The notes beneath the pieces were generated by a model. The model worked only from the letters and a program-made list of their open reading frames with translations, ran no database searches and was not told the origin of the DNA. A stretch of DNA of 35,371 nt. Origin: an uncultured archaeon. Lineage in GTDB: Archaea > Asgardarchaeota > Lokiarchaeia > Sigyniarchaeales > SOKP01. The first letter of the stretch is position 1; each line of letters opens with the position of its first letter. Shown piece after piece: positions 1-9,940 of the stretch. The position numbers were made by a program, and so were the translations under genes. The stretch is taken from assembly GCA_964525635.1 (NCBI GenBank), contig CAZGJX010000037.1, positions 1 through 35,371 of the forward strand. The letters run 5' to 3'.

Positions 1-295
1 TTCTTTTGTTCTTTTTCACATCAAAATTGATTATTTCTTGATAGCTATAGATTTTTTTTCTAAATCTCCGAATAAATATCCCCTTTTCATATATAATGAG
101 AAACTTTAAACTACCTATCAAACTAAAATAAAATATAATAATACAAAAAATACAAAAAATAAGCCCAGAGGTCCAACCATATTGTGACATAACAATTGTG
201 AGTAAAATTAAACCGAATGTCACAATAAATCCAATAACCTTTACATCCTCATTAGCAGTAATTTTATAGATTTGATTTCCTCGATCCATAATCAT
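1..295 (-). CDS. Membrane protein, truncated by the window edge (2 TM helices then a possible bacterial PH-like domain)
   Basis: Hand-translated, not in the ORF track: MIMDRGNQIYKITANEDVKVIGFIVTFGLILLTIVMSQYGWTSGLIFCIFCIIIFYFSLIGSLKFLIIYEKGIFIRRFRKKIYSYQEI..., open to position 1. Confidence 0.7.
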   Translation of the reverse strand, partial: MIMDRGNQIYKITANEDVKVIGFIVTFGLILLTIVMSQYGWTSGLIFCIFCIIIFYFSLIGSLKFLIIYEKGIFIRRFRKKIYSYQEIINFDVKKNKR

Positions 296-353
296 ATTAT
301 GAAATAATTTTATTTAAATAGTGCAATAAGATTATTTTAAAAAAAATAAAATT

Positions 354-896
354 TTATTTATTATTATATTCAGGAACTTTTTCTTGATTCAGTTTTAATT
401 CATCTGACTTTAGTTTCAAGGAAAGTTTAGTAAATAATTTTTGAAGATCTAATTGGTAACCAATTAGAGGTGTCAATCTGACTTCATTTGTTTTTTCATT
501 TATTTCAATGTATCCTTCTTTTTGTAAGATATTTAAATCATCTAAAATATCTTTTTTTTTTCGTAATTCTTTAATTTCCTTAATTCTTGATACCCCTGAG
601 TTTGAAAATGAACAAATAATCACACAAAATAATGTAGCTGCTAACTTAGATTTACCTTTAAATGGATTTGCTATAACTAAGTTTGACATCTCATCATCAT
701 ATGACACAAACCAATGGTCATCTAAGGGATTAAATCTTATATAAAGCCCCAATGGTTCAACATATTTTGATAAGTTTGTTATTAATTCTTGAAAATATAT
801 AGATTCATTTCTCCCATTGATTTTTAAAGCATCAATTATTTCTTGCTTGGTTGCTCCAATTTGATGTATATTAACTTTTTTACTTAAAAAATACAT
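354..896 (-). CDS. scpB: Kite subunit of an SMC complex (ScpB/Nse1-like tandem winged helix)
   Basis: Lies after smc and the kleisin gene. Motifs LITNLSKYVEPLGLYIRF and LNILQKEGYIE...VRLTPLIGYQL resemble kite WH-A and WH-B. The true start may be ATT at 917, just after AGGTGA. Confidence 0.65.
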   Translation of the reverse strand: MYFLSKKVNIHQIGATKQEIIDALKINGRNESIYFQELITNLSKYVEPLGLYIRFNPLDDHWFVSYDDEMSNLVIANPFKGKSKLAATLFCVIICSFSNSGVSRIKEIKELRKKKDILDDLNILQKEGYIEINEKTNEVRLTPLIGYQLDLQKLFTKLSLKLKSDELKLNQEKVPEYNNK

Positions 897-928
897 TAAA
901 AATGATAATTGATTAATTTAACTCACCT

Positions 929-1579
929 TTAAATATATATTGTGGATGTTTCATGCTTATACTTTATTTTTTTTATTTGTAATAGATGAAGCAAATAGAC
1001 AAATTTCTCATATATTTCTATTTGATCTTGAATACCATCAAAAATCTTATCAAAAGAACAAGGTAACTTATTTTCTATTTCTTTAAAAAACTCCAACATT
1101 TTTTCAGTAAATTTTTGAGTTGGTAATTCTAATATAAAATCTTCTTTAACATTATCTCGTCTTAAATGCTCAATTATAACAGGGGGTGCTTTATCCTGAG
1201 TTAATTTATTTTTACTAAATTCTAAGAAATCATAAGATAAAGATTGAAGACTGAATTCTTTTATCCAGCAATCATTAAATAGTTCTATAATATCAGCATC
1301 ACGAGGATTAGATTTTAAATATATATCAAATTTTTTCTCATCTTCTAGAGAATTTAATAAATCTTGGAATTCTTTAAATTTATCATCAAGAAGCTCGCAA
1401 GCTTCTATATATACTTTGGAATAATTATCTATATTTAAAATATTTAAAGTATTTTTTAATTCGTTAAAAATTGGTACTAATTCTAATTCCAATAATGAAA
1501 TTTTTCCATTTTTAACATCATCATAAATATTCTTTATTTTTTCTTTAATCTCATTTGATAATTCTTTGAATTCAATCAT
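929..1579 (-). CDS. scpA: Kleisin (ScpA/Nse4-like)
   Basis: N-terminal VKNGKISLLELELVPIFNE...EACELLDDK and C-terminal FDKIF...EIYEKFVYLLHLLQIKKIKY...IYI match the ScpA N-helical and C-terminal WH patterns. Abuts the smc stop codon. Confidence 0.75.
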   Translation of the reverse strand: MIEFKELSNEIKEKIKNIYDDVKNGKISLLELELVPIFNELKNTLNILNIDNYSKVYIEACELLDDKFKEFQDLLNSLEDEKKFDIYLKSNPRDADIIELFNDCWIKEFSLQSLSYDFLEFSKNKLTQDKAPPVIIEHLRRDNVKEDFILELPTQKFTEKMLEFFKEIENKLPCSFDKIFDGIQDQIEIYEKFVYLLHLLQIKKIKYKHETSTIYI

Positions 1580-4500
1580 TTATTTTTCTTTATTATTTAT
1601 TACTTTTGGATTAAAAACTGTAGAAATTTCATTTTCTCCTACTCTTGCAATACCTATTAATTTCTCTGCGAGTCTATATAATGCATTTGATGATTTTGGT
1701 AAAAACATAATCAATTGTATTGGATTTCTTTCTAAAGTTGATTTTATTAGTTCATAAGAGATTTCAGCATTTTTATCATCTAGAAACATAGAGGCTTCAT
1801 CAAACATACACAAAGGTGATGGATGCATTTCTTGTAATGAAAGAATTAAAGCAATTGCTACCATTGAAACTTGACCTCCACTTAAAGCGGTACAAGAAAG
1901 CAAAGGTTTATTTGAAGTTGATGCTTTAATATCCACACCAAGTTCTTCAAAATCTCCAATAAGGGTTAAATCACAATAAACATGTATATTTGTTTCATCA
2001 AATTTATTATTAATCTTTTCTGTTAATTTTGTCAATACATTCTGAAATTTATTGTAATAAGTTGTCTCTAATTCTTTCTCAGTTTTTATTGCTGCATTGA
2101 TATCTTTTTCCATATCTTCTTGATTTTTTGAAATTTTATTTAATGAAGACATAATATAATCTTTTTCAACTAATATAGATTCATCAACATCGTAATATTG
2201 GAGTATTTTTCTATCGATGGAAAAAAGATCTTCTTGAATCTCCTCGATAGGTCGAAGTTCAATCTTTTTCTCCTCGACTAAATCCCCAATTTCTGAATCA
2301 ATTCTCTCCAAATCCTCATTCTTTAAATTAAGTTCTTGGTTTATTTGATTTAAATTAATAGATTCTTGTTCTAATTTTAATTCTAATTCAACTCTTTTTT
2401 CATCTAAAATACTTTTTACTTCTAATTGTTGTTTTCTATTTTCTTTTTGATTTTTTATATTAGCTTCTATTTCAAGAATAAGATTTTCTACATTTTCCAA
2501 CTCTTTGTATATATCAAATGCATCTTTATCAGCATTTTGAAATTCTACTTTCTTTGATTCATGCTTTTCATTTAAAATTTCTAATTTATTATTGATTTTA
2601 TTTATATTTTGGTTAACTTCATTTATCATTTGTTTATTTTCTTCTAATTTTGAATCCCATCCTTTCTTATTTTCATTTAAATTAGCCAAAAGAAATGGAA
2701 TTTCTTTAATTCTTTCATTCCAATTGAAGAAATCGGGTTCTTGTTGTTTTTCAAGTTCCTCTATTTGGATCTTTAAACTATTAATTTCTTCTAGATCTCT
2801 AATATTAGATCTTACAATTTCCCCTTTCTTTTCATACAAATTATTTTTTTTTGTAGTAATTCTTCTTCTTTGATTGTAGTTATAATACAGATCATTAAAA
2901 ATCTCCTTCTTCTTATATAATTCTTTCTGTGTATTATCCAATTGAGATGCTTTAACTTTTAATTCAGAAATTTTAGTATTATAATTTTCAATTTCTTTTT
3001 CTAATTGATCTGCTTGTTCTTTTTGGGTTCCTGTACTTAATAAACCTTTTAATTTTTTAAGATAAGGAGTTTCATAGACATATTTATATGAAATTATTTG
3101 TTCTCCCTTTAGGGTTACACATTTACCTTTAAAATTATACTTTTTATAAATCTCTTTTCCCGTTCTATAATCATTTACTACTAAACAATTCTTAACCTTT
3201 GAATAAATTACTTTTTTTATATTTATATCATTTGTTTTAATTAAATCTGCTAGATAACCTAAAACTCCATCAGCTTCAAAATCCATTAATGGTTGGATAT
3301 TCTCTTTTTTTGGAACATAAATATGGCAATATGCATGATATTTATCTTTTAATCTTTTTAACAAATCTAAAGTTTCCCAATCCTTTGCAACAAAACTATA
3401 TAATAATTTCTCACCCAATATTGATTCAATTGCATAACTAAGACTATCATCATATTTTATATGATTAATTATAGGACCAATAACATCTAAACTACGTTTT
3501 TTAATATCATCTTTTAAAATATTGATCTCTGTTGGTAGAACTAATCTACGATTATTAAGGGAATTTTGTAAATGACGGAATTGATTTAATCCACTAGTTC
3601 TTTTAATCTCTAATCTTTTAATCTCTTCTTCCAAAGTGAATAATTCTGCTGTGACTTTATTAAGTTTAAAATCAAATTCATGTAATATATCTTTTGTAGG
3701 ATTTTCTAAAAACCATCTATTTTTTTCTAATTTGTGGTTTATATCTTTATAACTTTGAAATAATTGGTCTATCTGACTCTCAATATCCTTAATTAATAAC
3801 TCACTATCCTCTATCCTCTTCTTTAAATTTTCTCTTTCTGAAATTATTCCATTATATTCATCAAGAAAAACTTTATTTTCTTCAATCTTTTCCAATAGTT
3901 CCTTCTGTTCTTTAAATAAGTTCTCTATTTCTTCTTCTATTTTGTTCTTTTCAGAATTAATATAATTAATATCTGCTTGGATCTTTTCCTGTTGTTTATT
4001 ATGATTTTTTACTTGTTTTTTTAAATTCTTAATTTCATCAAATATATCATCTAGCTCTTGTTTTAATTGTATCTTTTCATTCTGCCATTTCTTGATTTTT
4101 TTTGTTATATCTTCTTTTTTATAGTTATTTTCACCTAATTCTTTAGAAAGATCATTTATAGTATCTTCAATATTATTAACCGTTAAGCTAATTTTTTGAA
4201 TTTCTTTAAAATTGATTTCTTGATTTTGCTTATTTTTATGAATTAAAGAATCAAGTTTTTTTACTTCTTCAGTTAAATCAACTATTTCTAATAGCAATTT
4301 TTGACGATTAGCCCATAATAATTCATCTTCAAGCTTGCTTTTTCTCTTTAATAATTCTTTTTTCTTTTCTAATCGTTCTAATTTAGGTTTAAGTGAATCC
4401 ATACTAGTGTTAAGTGAATTTTTTCGCGTTTTAAGAGAAATTAATTCATTATTCAAGTCTTGGATATCTCTTTTCTGCTGTAAAATTTCTTCTCTTAAAT

Positions 4501-5047
4501 CTCTCAATCCAATTCCATGTTCAAGAAAAGAACATAATTCATCTGGTTTTAATTCCTTTATTTGGTCAATATGCCCTTGACTAACAAATGCAAAATGATT
4601 ATCTGGATTATAGTTTAAACTAGATATGATCTCTTGAACTTGATTAGTCTTAACTTTCACAAAATCCTTTTCATTTTTCTTTTTTATAGAATAAAAAGGA
4701 GAATGATCCCTAATAACAGTACGTCTAATTTGATATAATTCCCCCCTCTTTTTAATAGTAACTTCTACCATAGCATGATCTTGACCATGTCTTATAAAGT
4801 CTGACCATTTTTGATACCTTAAATCACGTTCATTACTCCCTAATACAAATTTTAGAGCTTGAAAGATAGAGGTTTTACCTGACCAATTAGGTCCAAGAAC
4901 TATTATAAACTTTGAACTATTAAATTCCACTTCATCTCGTTTAAATGAGAGGAAATTTTCTAATATTACTTTAGTAATATGGACTTTATTTTTTATTGAA
5001 TAATCTTTATTATTATCAGTATTTTCTTCTTGAATTTGAACATTCAA
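1580..5047 (-). CDS. smc: SMC-family chromosome ATPase, Smc5/6-like
   Basis: Walker A GPNWSGKT, Q-loop FVSQG, long coiled coils, hinge (VIGPIINHIK...AIESILG...CVTLKG), signature LSGGQ, Walker B MFDE, switch QLIMFLPK. TTG start preceded by GAGG. Confidence 0.95.
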   Translation of the reverse strand: MNVQIQEENTDNNKDYSIKNKVHITKVILENFLSFKRDEVEFNSSKFIIVLGPNWSGKTSIFQALKFVLGSNERDLRYQKWSDFIRHGQDHAMVEVTIKKRGELYQIRRTVIRDHSPFYSIKKKNEKDFVKVKTNQVQEIISSLNYNPDNHFAFVSQGHIDQIKELKPDELCSFLEHGIGLRDLREEILQQKRDIQDLNNELISLKTRKNSLNTSMDSLKPKLERLEKKKELLKRKSKLEDELLWANRQKLLLEIVDLTEEVKKLDSLIHKNKQNQEINFKEIQKISLTVNNIEDTINDLSKELGENNYKKEDITKKIKKWQNEKIQLKQELDDIFDEIKNLKKQVKNHNKQQEKIQADINYINSEKNKIEEEIENLFKEQKELLEKIEENKVFLDEYNGIISERENLKKRIEDSELLIKDIESQIDQLFQSYKDINHKLEKNRWFLENPTKDILHEFDFKLNKVTAELFTLEEEIKRLEIKRTSGLNQFRHLQNSLNNRRLVLPTEINILKDDIKKRSLDVIGPIINHIKYDDSLSYAIESILGEKLLYSFVAKDWETLDLLKRLKDKYHAYCHIYVPKKENIQPLMDFEADGVLGYLADLIKTNDINIKKVIYSKVKNCLVVNDYRTGKEIYKKYNFKGKCVTLKGEQIISYKYVYETPYLKKLKGLLSTGTQKEQADQLEKEIENYNTKISELKVKASQLDNTQKELYKKKEIFNDLYYNYNQRRRITTKKNNLYEKKGEIVRSNIRDLEEINSLKIQIEELEKQQEPDFFNWNERIKEIPFLLANLNENKKGWDSKLEENKQMINEVNQNINKINNKLEILNEKHESKKVEFQNADKDAFDIYKELENVENLILEIEANIKNQKENRKQQLEVKSILDEKRVELELKLEQESINLNQINQELNLKNEDLERIDSEIGDLVEEKKIELRPIEEIQEDLFSIDRKILQYYDVDESILVEKDYIMSSLNKISKNQEDMEKDINAAIKTEKELETTYYNKFQNVLTKLTEKINNKFDETNIHVYCDLTLIGDFEELGVDIKASTSNKPLLSCTALSGGQVSMVAIALILSLQEMHPSPLCMFDEASMFLDDKNAEISYELIKSTLERNPIQLIMFLPKSSNALYRLAEKLIGIARVGENEISTVFNPKVINNKEK

Positions 5048-5068
5048 AATATAAAACCTCTATTTTAT

Positions 5069-6325
5069 TTATTTTCCAAATGATTTTTTAATCAAATCAA
5101 TCTTTTTTTTTGCTTTTTCTAAATTGATTTGTGCTTTTGCAGGGGGATCATTTAAAATGAAAGGATATTTAGATAATAATTTCCTATCAATTTCCTCTAA
5201 ATGTTCATTTTTATGAAGTTTATCAATAATAACTACAAGATTATTATAATTTTCTGAAGCAGCATTTTCATATAATTGATTTAACATGAAATCCGAATAA
5301 CTCTCTGATTTGATATTATCAATAAAACTTTTTATATCATGTTTGGATGTGTTGTTTTTTCCATTTCCAGGTAATTTTATACTTATGAGATCCTTTGTTT
5401 CTTGTAACTTCTTATCTTTATGATTATTAAAAAGATGTTTTTTATATGAGGGTATAAATTCTCCTGATTCAATTATTTTAATAATAATTTCAGTAATTTC
5501 ATTACTTTTTGTATTCAGTTCAGAATTAAGATGATGCTTTAAAATAGCAATCTTTAATAGTTGATTAATTTCTTTAACTTCCCAATTTTCGGTAAGATCT
5601 GTGATTACATCTACATCAAAGGTGATTTTTTTATTTTTTTCCATAAAATGTTTTAAAACTTGGTGGCGTTCACTTTTATTAATAGATGGGATTTTTATTA
5701 AAGAATCAAAAACATCAAAAATTTCATCTGAACTCTTTATAATTTCATTATAATCTTGATTGATCCAAATTAATAAGAAATTTTTCTTTAAAAGTTCTTC
5801 TAAATTGTCTTTTTCTTTATAAAAATATACAAATTTATTTAAGACACTTTCATTCTCATAAATGTCTTTAAATTTTTCATTTTGATTAATTACTAAAACA
5901 TTCTTTTTTTTTTTTAATTCTTTTTTGTTGTTATTACTTTCTGAATCCTCACTTTCTTCGATTTCTTCCTCAGATTTCAAAATTTCATCGAATTTTGATA
6001 AATACTCAAAAAAATTATCGAAAAAATTCGTGGGATTATCTAATATTTTGGATTCTTTCAATTGAATATAATTTATGTAAAAATTAGAGGTGATTAATTT
6101 TAAATAGTCTAAAATATCTGTACCAGAATGAATATTAATTAAGAGATTTCCTTTTAATTTCATATAATTATTAATTTCTAAATCTTCTGATTCAGTTAAT
6201 ATTAATTTTAAATAATTGATGATTTCTTTATATTTTTCTCGATGAAAAATATCCTCTTCTTTGATCCTGACTTCTGAAGGATTTATTATGTTAAAATATT
6301 CCAATGTAGTTTTTTTTGGAGGCAT
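5069..6325 (-). CDS. Degenerate (probably inactive) AAA+ ATPase-like protein
   Basis: GNLLINIHSGTD sits at the P-loop position without GKT. The AAA lid-like segment FDSLIKIPSINKSERHQVLKHFM...FDVDVITDLTENWEVKEINQL is recognisable. AGGTGA RBS upstream. Confidence 0.6.
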   Translation of the reverse strand: MPPKKTTLEYFNIINPSEVRIKEEDIFHREKYKEIINYLKLILTESEDLEINNYMKLKGNLLINIHSGTDILDYLKLITSNFYINYIQLKESKILDNPTNFFDNFFEYLSKFDEILKSEEEIEESEDSESNNNKKELKKKKNVLVINQNEKFKDIYENESVLNKFVYFYKEKDNLEELLKKNFLLIWINQDYNEIIKSSDEIFDVFDSLIKIPSINKSERHQVLKHFMEKNKKITFDVDVITDLTENWEVKEINQLLKIAILKHHLNSELNTKSNEITEIIIKIIESGEFIPSYKKHLFNNHKDKKLQETKDLISIKLPGNGKNNTSKHDIKSFIDNIKSESYSDFMLNQLYENAASENYNNLVVIIDKLHKNEHLEEIDRKLLSKYPFILNDPPAKAQINLEKAKKKIDLIKKSFGK

Positions 6326-6706
6326 CCTTTAGATCTCACCTTTTTTTTAAAGAAATGTTTTAGACATAAAATTAATGGAAATTAAGAATAATAAATTTTT
6401 TCACGATTTTATTGTTAAAAACATTGCTTATTTTAACAATTTATTTATTATCGACAAAAATTATCTAATATTACTTATTAATGACTGTTAAAAAACTTAA
6501 TTAAAAATAGAATTTAAATGGATATTCATCAAAATTAATTCATGGTTAATAAATTTAAACAAGATTTACACATGCATTGATTATTTTCACATAATTATAA
6601 TTAATTATATATAGAAATTTCATCATAACTATTACAATAAATAAAATATTTTACCATCTTATTATAAAATTACTTAATCAAATATCTAAAGAAGGAATTT
6701 TTTATA

Positions 6707-7552
6707 ATGGAAAGGCGATTTATTACACCATTTATTATCTCACTTTTTATAATGATTTTCGCTGTTTCTTTTTCATTTATTATGTCTTTATCAAACTCTG
6801 CTGATGATAACTTAATTCCCATATTACCTGGAAATTACATTTCGGATCTTATTTTACTCTTCATTATTGATTTTGGTTTCATGTTATTGATGTATTTTAT
6901 TGGTCCTTTTGGAGCAAAATATTTGACAAATTTGCATAAAGGCTTAAAACTTAATAGATATGAATATTTTGTAATCCAACCAGAAAAGCAATTGACAGGT
7001 AAAAGAATTATTTTGCGTTGCTTTTTTCCTGGTTTTTTAGCTATTAACATTGGAATTTACATTGCTCTTTATGGTGAATTTAATAGTTTGTTTTTTGTAG
7101 ATGCGAATGCTCAAGGATTACCTGTTACTATTGAGATGACTACTTGTTTAATTGGAATACCAATAGCATCCGTAATTATAATACCTATTTGGATTCTAGA
7201 ATCTTCGGGATTAATGTGTTCTTTAAATCAAGAAAAATATAAAAATCGTGTTTCACCAGACATCGAAAGCGTTGGGAGCGATTTTACCTCATTAATTAAA
7301 GGTTATATTGGAATCTCAACGGTTACTACATATATCATAATCTTATATAAGTTTTTCCAAACAAGTAATGATATCGTAACTATAATTATAGTTGTATTTA
7401 TTGACCCATTTTTAATCATACTAATGTTTATCTTAATTTCATTATTATTGGAATATAAAGTGGATGATGTTAATAAGCGATTTATATCAAAAATCGAAAG
7501 AAAAGGAATTGATATCACACCTCAAATTGTAAGAATTGAACCTAAAGATTAA
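6707..7552 (+). CDS. Multi-pass membrane protein of unknown function
   Basis: 281-aa ORF with about 6 hydrophobic segments; AAGGA upstream. Confidence 0.8.
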   Translation: MERRFITPFIISLFIMIFAVSFSFIMSLSNSADDNLIPILPGNYISDLILLFIIDFGFMLLMYFIGPFGAKYLTNLHKGLKLNRYEYFVIQPEKQLTGKRIILRCFFPGFLAINIGIYIALYGEFNSLFFVDANAQGLPVTIEMTTCLIGIPIASVIIIPIWILESSGLMCSLNQEKYKNRVSPDIESVGSDFTSLIKGYIGISTVTTYIIILYKFFQTSNDIVTIIIVVFIDPFLIILMFILISLLLEYKVDDVNKRFISKIERKGIDITPQIVRIEPKD

Positions 7553-7722
7553 TTATATATTTATCTTGAATTTTTTCTTGACTCATAATTGTGCTTGTGA
7601 TGGTTGAGTTATTTGAAATCTAAAATTATTGGAATTTATTTACAAAAGGAGAATAAATTAAAGATAAATAATTTTTAATTATTTAAATATAAAAAAATAA
7701 TTTAATATATTATAAATAGCAA

Positions 7723-9009
7723 TCATAGGACTTCATAAATTGCATCTAAATATTCTTTTAATTTCTGAACTGTAGTTCCTCTATAATGTAGTGCTTCTAA
7801 TGCAATCTTCAATTCCTCAGCATCTTTAATCCATCCTTTAGCATCATCTATGCATTTACTAAAATGAATTTCAAGATTTTTTAATATTTCAATATACCAA
7901 GGGAATTTTTTAACGGTATCATTAAAATCTGATTGATTCTTATCAGAATTAAAAGGTGATAATTCCTGAATTTCAGCTTTGAGTTCTTTTAGTATCACTA
8001 TGCATTTGCCTAATTTCATACCGACTCTTTTTGCAAATGTCCTATTCATCCATTTTCTTGCCATTAATCCTAAATCTTGTGTTTCTTTTTCAATACTTTC
8101 AACAATTTTAAGTACTTCATTGGTGGTATTTAAAGCTTCTGAAACATACTTGTTCATTTCCTTTTTGTTTTTAATTATTTTTTTTATATTTATGTCTTTC
8201 TTTTTTTTCTGGACTATCAATCCTAATTTCAAAAGAGCTGAAAATGGTTCAGCAATTTGGCCATGGTAATCTTTTGCATGAACTATTGTATATGCCCATC
8301 CTGCTGCACAATGATCTGCGGGCATTAATCCTTCATATCCCGGATTTACTCCTTGATTCATAAATTCTTCTTCAGTCATTCCATACATAGGGGCAATAAT
8401 AGGAATAGATTCCCTCAATCCGGGGGTATCAATCATTCCTGGGCCAAAGATAAACACAGATATATTTGTTTCATCTAATTCAGCAGCTAAGGATTTTCCA
8501 ATTGAAGTTAATGCTGTCTTTGTTGCAAAATAAGGTGCCATATAGGGCATACCTTCGGCAGAAGTCACAGTATTGATTATTCCAAAATTCTTTTTTAGCA
8601 TATATGGTAAAAATGTTTTTATTGCAGCTATAGCTCCACGAATATTAACATAATATACTTCATCCCACTCCTCCAAAGATAAATCTTTAATTTCTCCCCC
8701 CATAGAGAAATATGCATTATTTATTAAAATATCAACATTATCGAATTTTTCAATTACTTTTTTCTCTAAATTTTTAATATCTTCCTCTTTTGAAACATCT
8801 GTTTTTATGAATATTGCATTTCCTCCTTCCGATTTGATTAATTCTTCCACATCTTTACCATAATCTTTAATCTCAGCAATCACTACATTAGCTCCTAACC
8901 AAGCCAAAGCTCTTGCAAGTTCCCTCCCAATTCCCCTACCTGCTCCTGTAATAATAGCCACTTTATTAGCAAGTGAATCTTTATTCAATCCTAGCTTTTC
9001 TATAAACAT
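7723..9009 (-). CDS. Short-chain dehydrogenase/reductase with a C-terminal helical extension
   Basis: TGAGRGIG, NNA and catalytic YFATK motifs, plus about 165 extra C-terminal residues. Confidence 0.9.
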   Translation of the reverse strand: MFIEKLGLNKDSLANKVAIITGAGRGIGRELARALAWLGANVVIAEIKDYGKDVEELIKSEGGNAIFIKTDVSKEEDIKNLEKKVIEKFDNVDILINNAYFSMGGEIKDLSLEEWDEVYYVNIRGAIAAIKTFLPYMLKKNFGIINTVTSAEGMPYMAPYFATKTALTSIGKSLAAELDETNISVFIFGPGMIDTPGLRESIPIIAPMYGMTEEEFMNQGVNPGYEGLMPADHCAAGWAYTIVHAKDYHGQIAEPFSALLKLGLIVQKKKKDINIKKIIKNKKEMNKYVSEALNTTNEVLKIVESIEKETQDLGLMARKWMNRTFAKRVGMKLGKCIVILKELKAEIQELSPFNSDKNQSDFNDTVKKFPWYIEILKNLEIHFSKCIDDAKGWIKDAEELKIALEALHYRGTTVQKLKEYLDAIYEVL

Positions 9010-9054
9010 TTAATCTGACCCTTTTTATTCTTATTTTTAATTTAATATAATTAA

Positions 9055-9097
9055 TATGACTATATAAACATTTAGGTCAAATGGTCACTTAGTCATA
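9055..9097. promoter_or_regulatory. Candidate TetR operator region between the divergent SDR and TetR genes
   Basis: Inverted repeat TATGACTA (9055-9062) / TAGTCATA (9090-9097); GTCA recurs every 8 nt at 9076, 9084 and 9092. Confidence 0.5.
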
Positions 9098-9131
9098 ACT
9101 TTTAAAGAAATGTTTATTTTATATTATCATA

Positions 9132-9746
9132 ATGCCAAAAGGTTTTACAAATGAGGAAAAAAGAATTATCAGAAATAAATTAATTGAAAAAGGAATAGAA
9201 TTATTTGAAATTTATGGTGTAAAAAAAACAAATGTTGAAGAACTGACTAATTCTGTTGGAATATCGAAAGGATCTTTTTATCTTTTTTATAATTCTAAAG
9301 AAGAATTATTTTTTGATGTTCTCAAAAAGACTGAGAAAAAACTAATTAAAGAAATGAGACTAATAATTAAAGATATGAAGAGCAATCCAAGAGAAGTCTT
9401 TAAAAAGTTCCTACGATTTCATATCAAGAGTCCAACAGAAAATCCAATCATTCAACAAATCGCTGATAAAAATATAAGAGAATATATTATTAGAAAAACG
9501 AGAAATGTCCCTAAGCTAGAAAAATATCTTCAAACTTATGATTATCTTCCATTATTTATTAAAATGTGGCAAAAAGATGGTATTATAATAAATAAAGATC
9601 CCGAATTATTAGCAGGTATTTTAAAAGCTATTTTTACAATTGGATTGGATGATTCTATAAAAGAATATATTGGAAGAGATAGATTACCAGAAGTTATTGA
9701 GAATTTAATTGAAATTATAACTGATTATATGATTAATTTTGATTAA
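9132..9746 (+). CDS. TetR/AcrR family transcriptional regulator
   Basis: GIELFEIYGVKKTNVEELTNSVGISKGSFYLFYNSKEELF HTH. Confidence 0.93.
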   Translation: MPKGFTNEEKRIIRNKLIEKGIELFEIYGVKKTNVEELTNSVGISKGSFYLFYNSKEELFFDVLKKTEKKLIKEMRLIIKDMKSNPREVFKKFLRFHIKSPTENPIIQQIADKNIREYIIRKTRNVPKLEKYLQTYDYLPLFIKMWQKDGIIINKDPELLAGILKAIFTIGLDDSIKEYIGRDRLPEVIENLIEIITDYMINFD

Positions 9747-9940
9747 TATTTAAGAAATATGAAGATGGTATTTTTTATTTAAAAAAAGATAAACCAAAAA
9801 AAAAATCTAATAATTCACTATGGGGAGAATATCGAGGTAAAATTATATAATTTTATTCTATAAATCTTAATAGTTTAAAAAGCCCCTTTTCTCAAAAAAA
9901 TACAAAATTATTAAATATCAAATAAATCTAAATTGTATTT

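Noticed and set aside
181-226. 10-bp inverted repeat ATTGTGACAT/ATGTCACAAT
   Set aside because: It lies inside a coding region with no bulge geometry or frame disruption; probably chance
508-4580. Plus-strand ORFs 508-744, 1566-1757, 2592-2873 and 4335-4580
   Set aside because: Antisense shadows of the SMC operon with no motifs
354-6325. Wadjet (JetABCD) or Rad50/SbcC interpretation of the SMC operon
   Set aside because: There is no Toprim JetD or Mre11 nuclease gene, and the SMC has a globular hinge rather than a CxxC zinc hook
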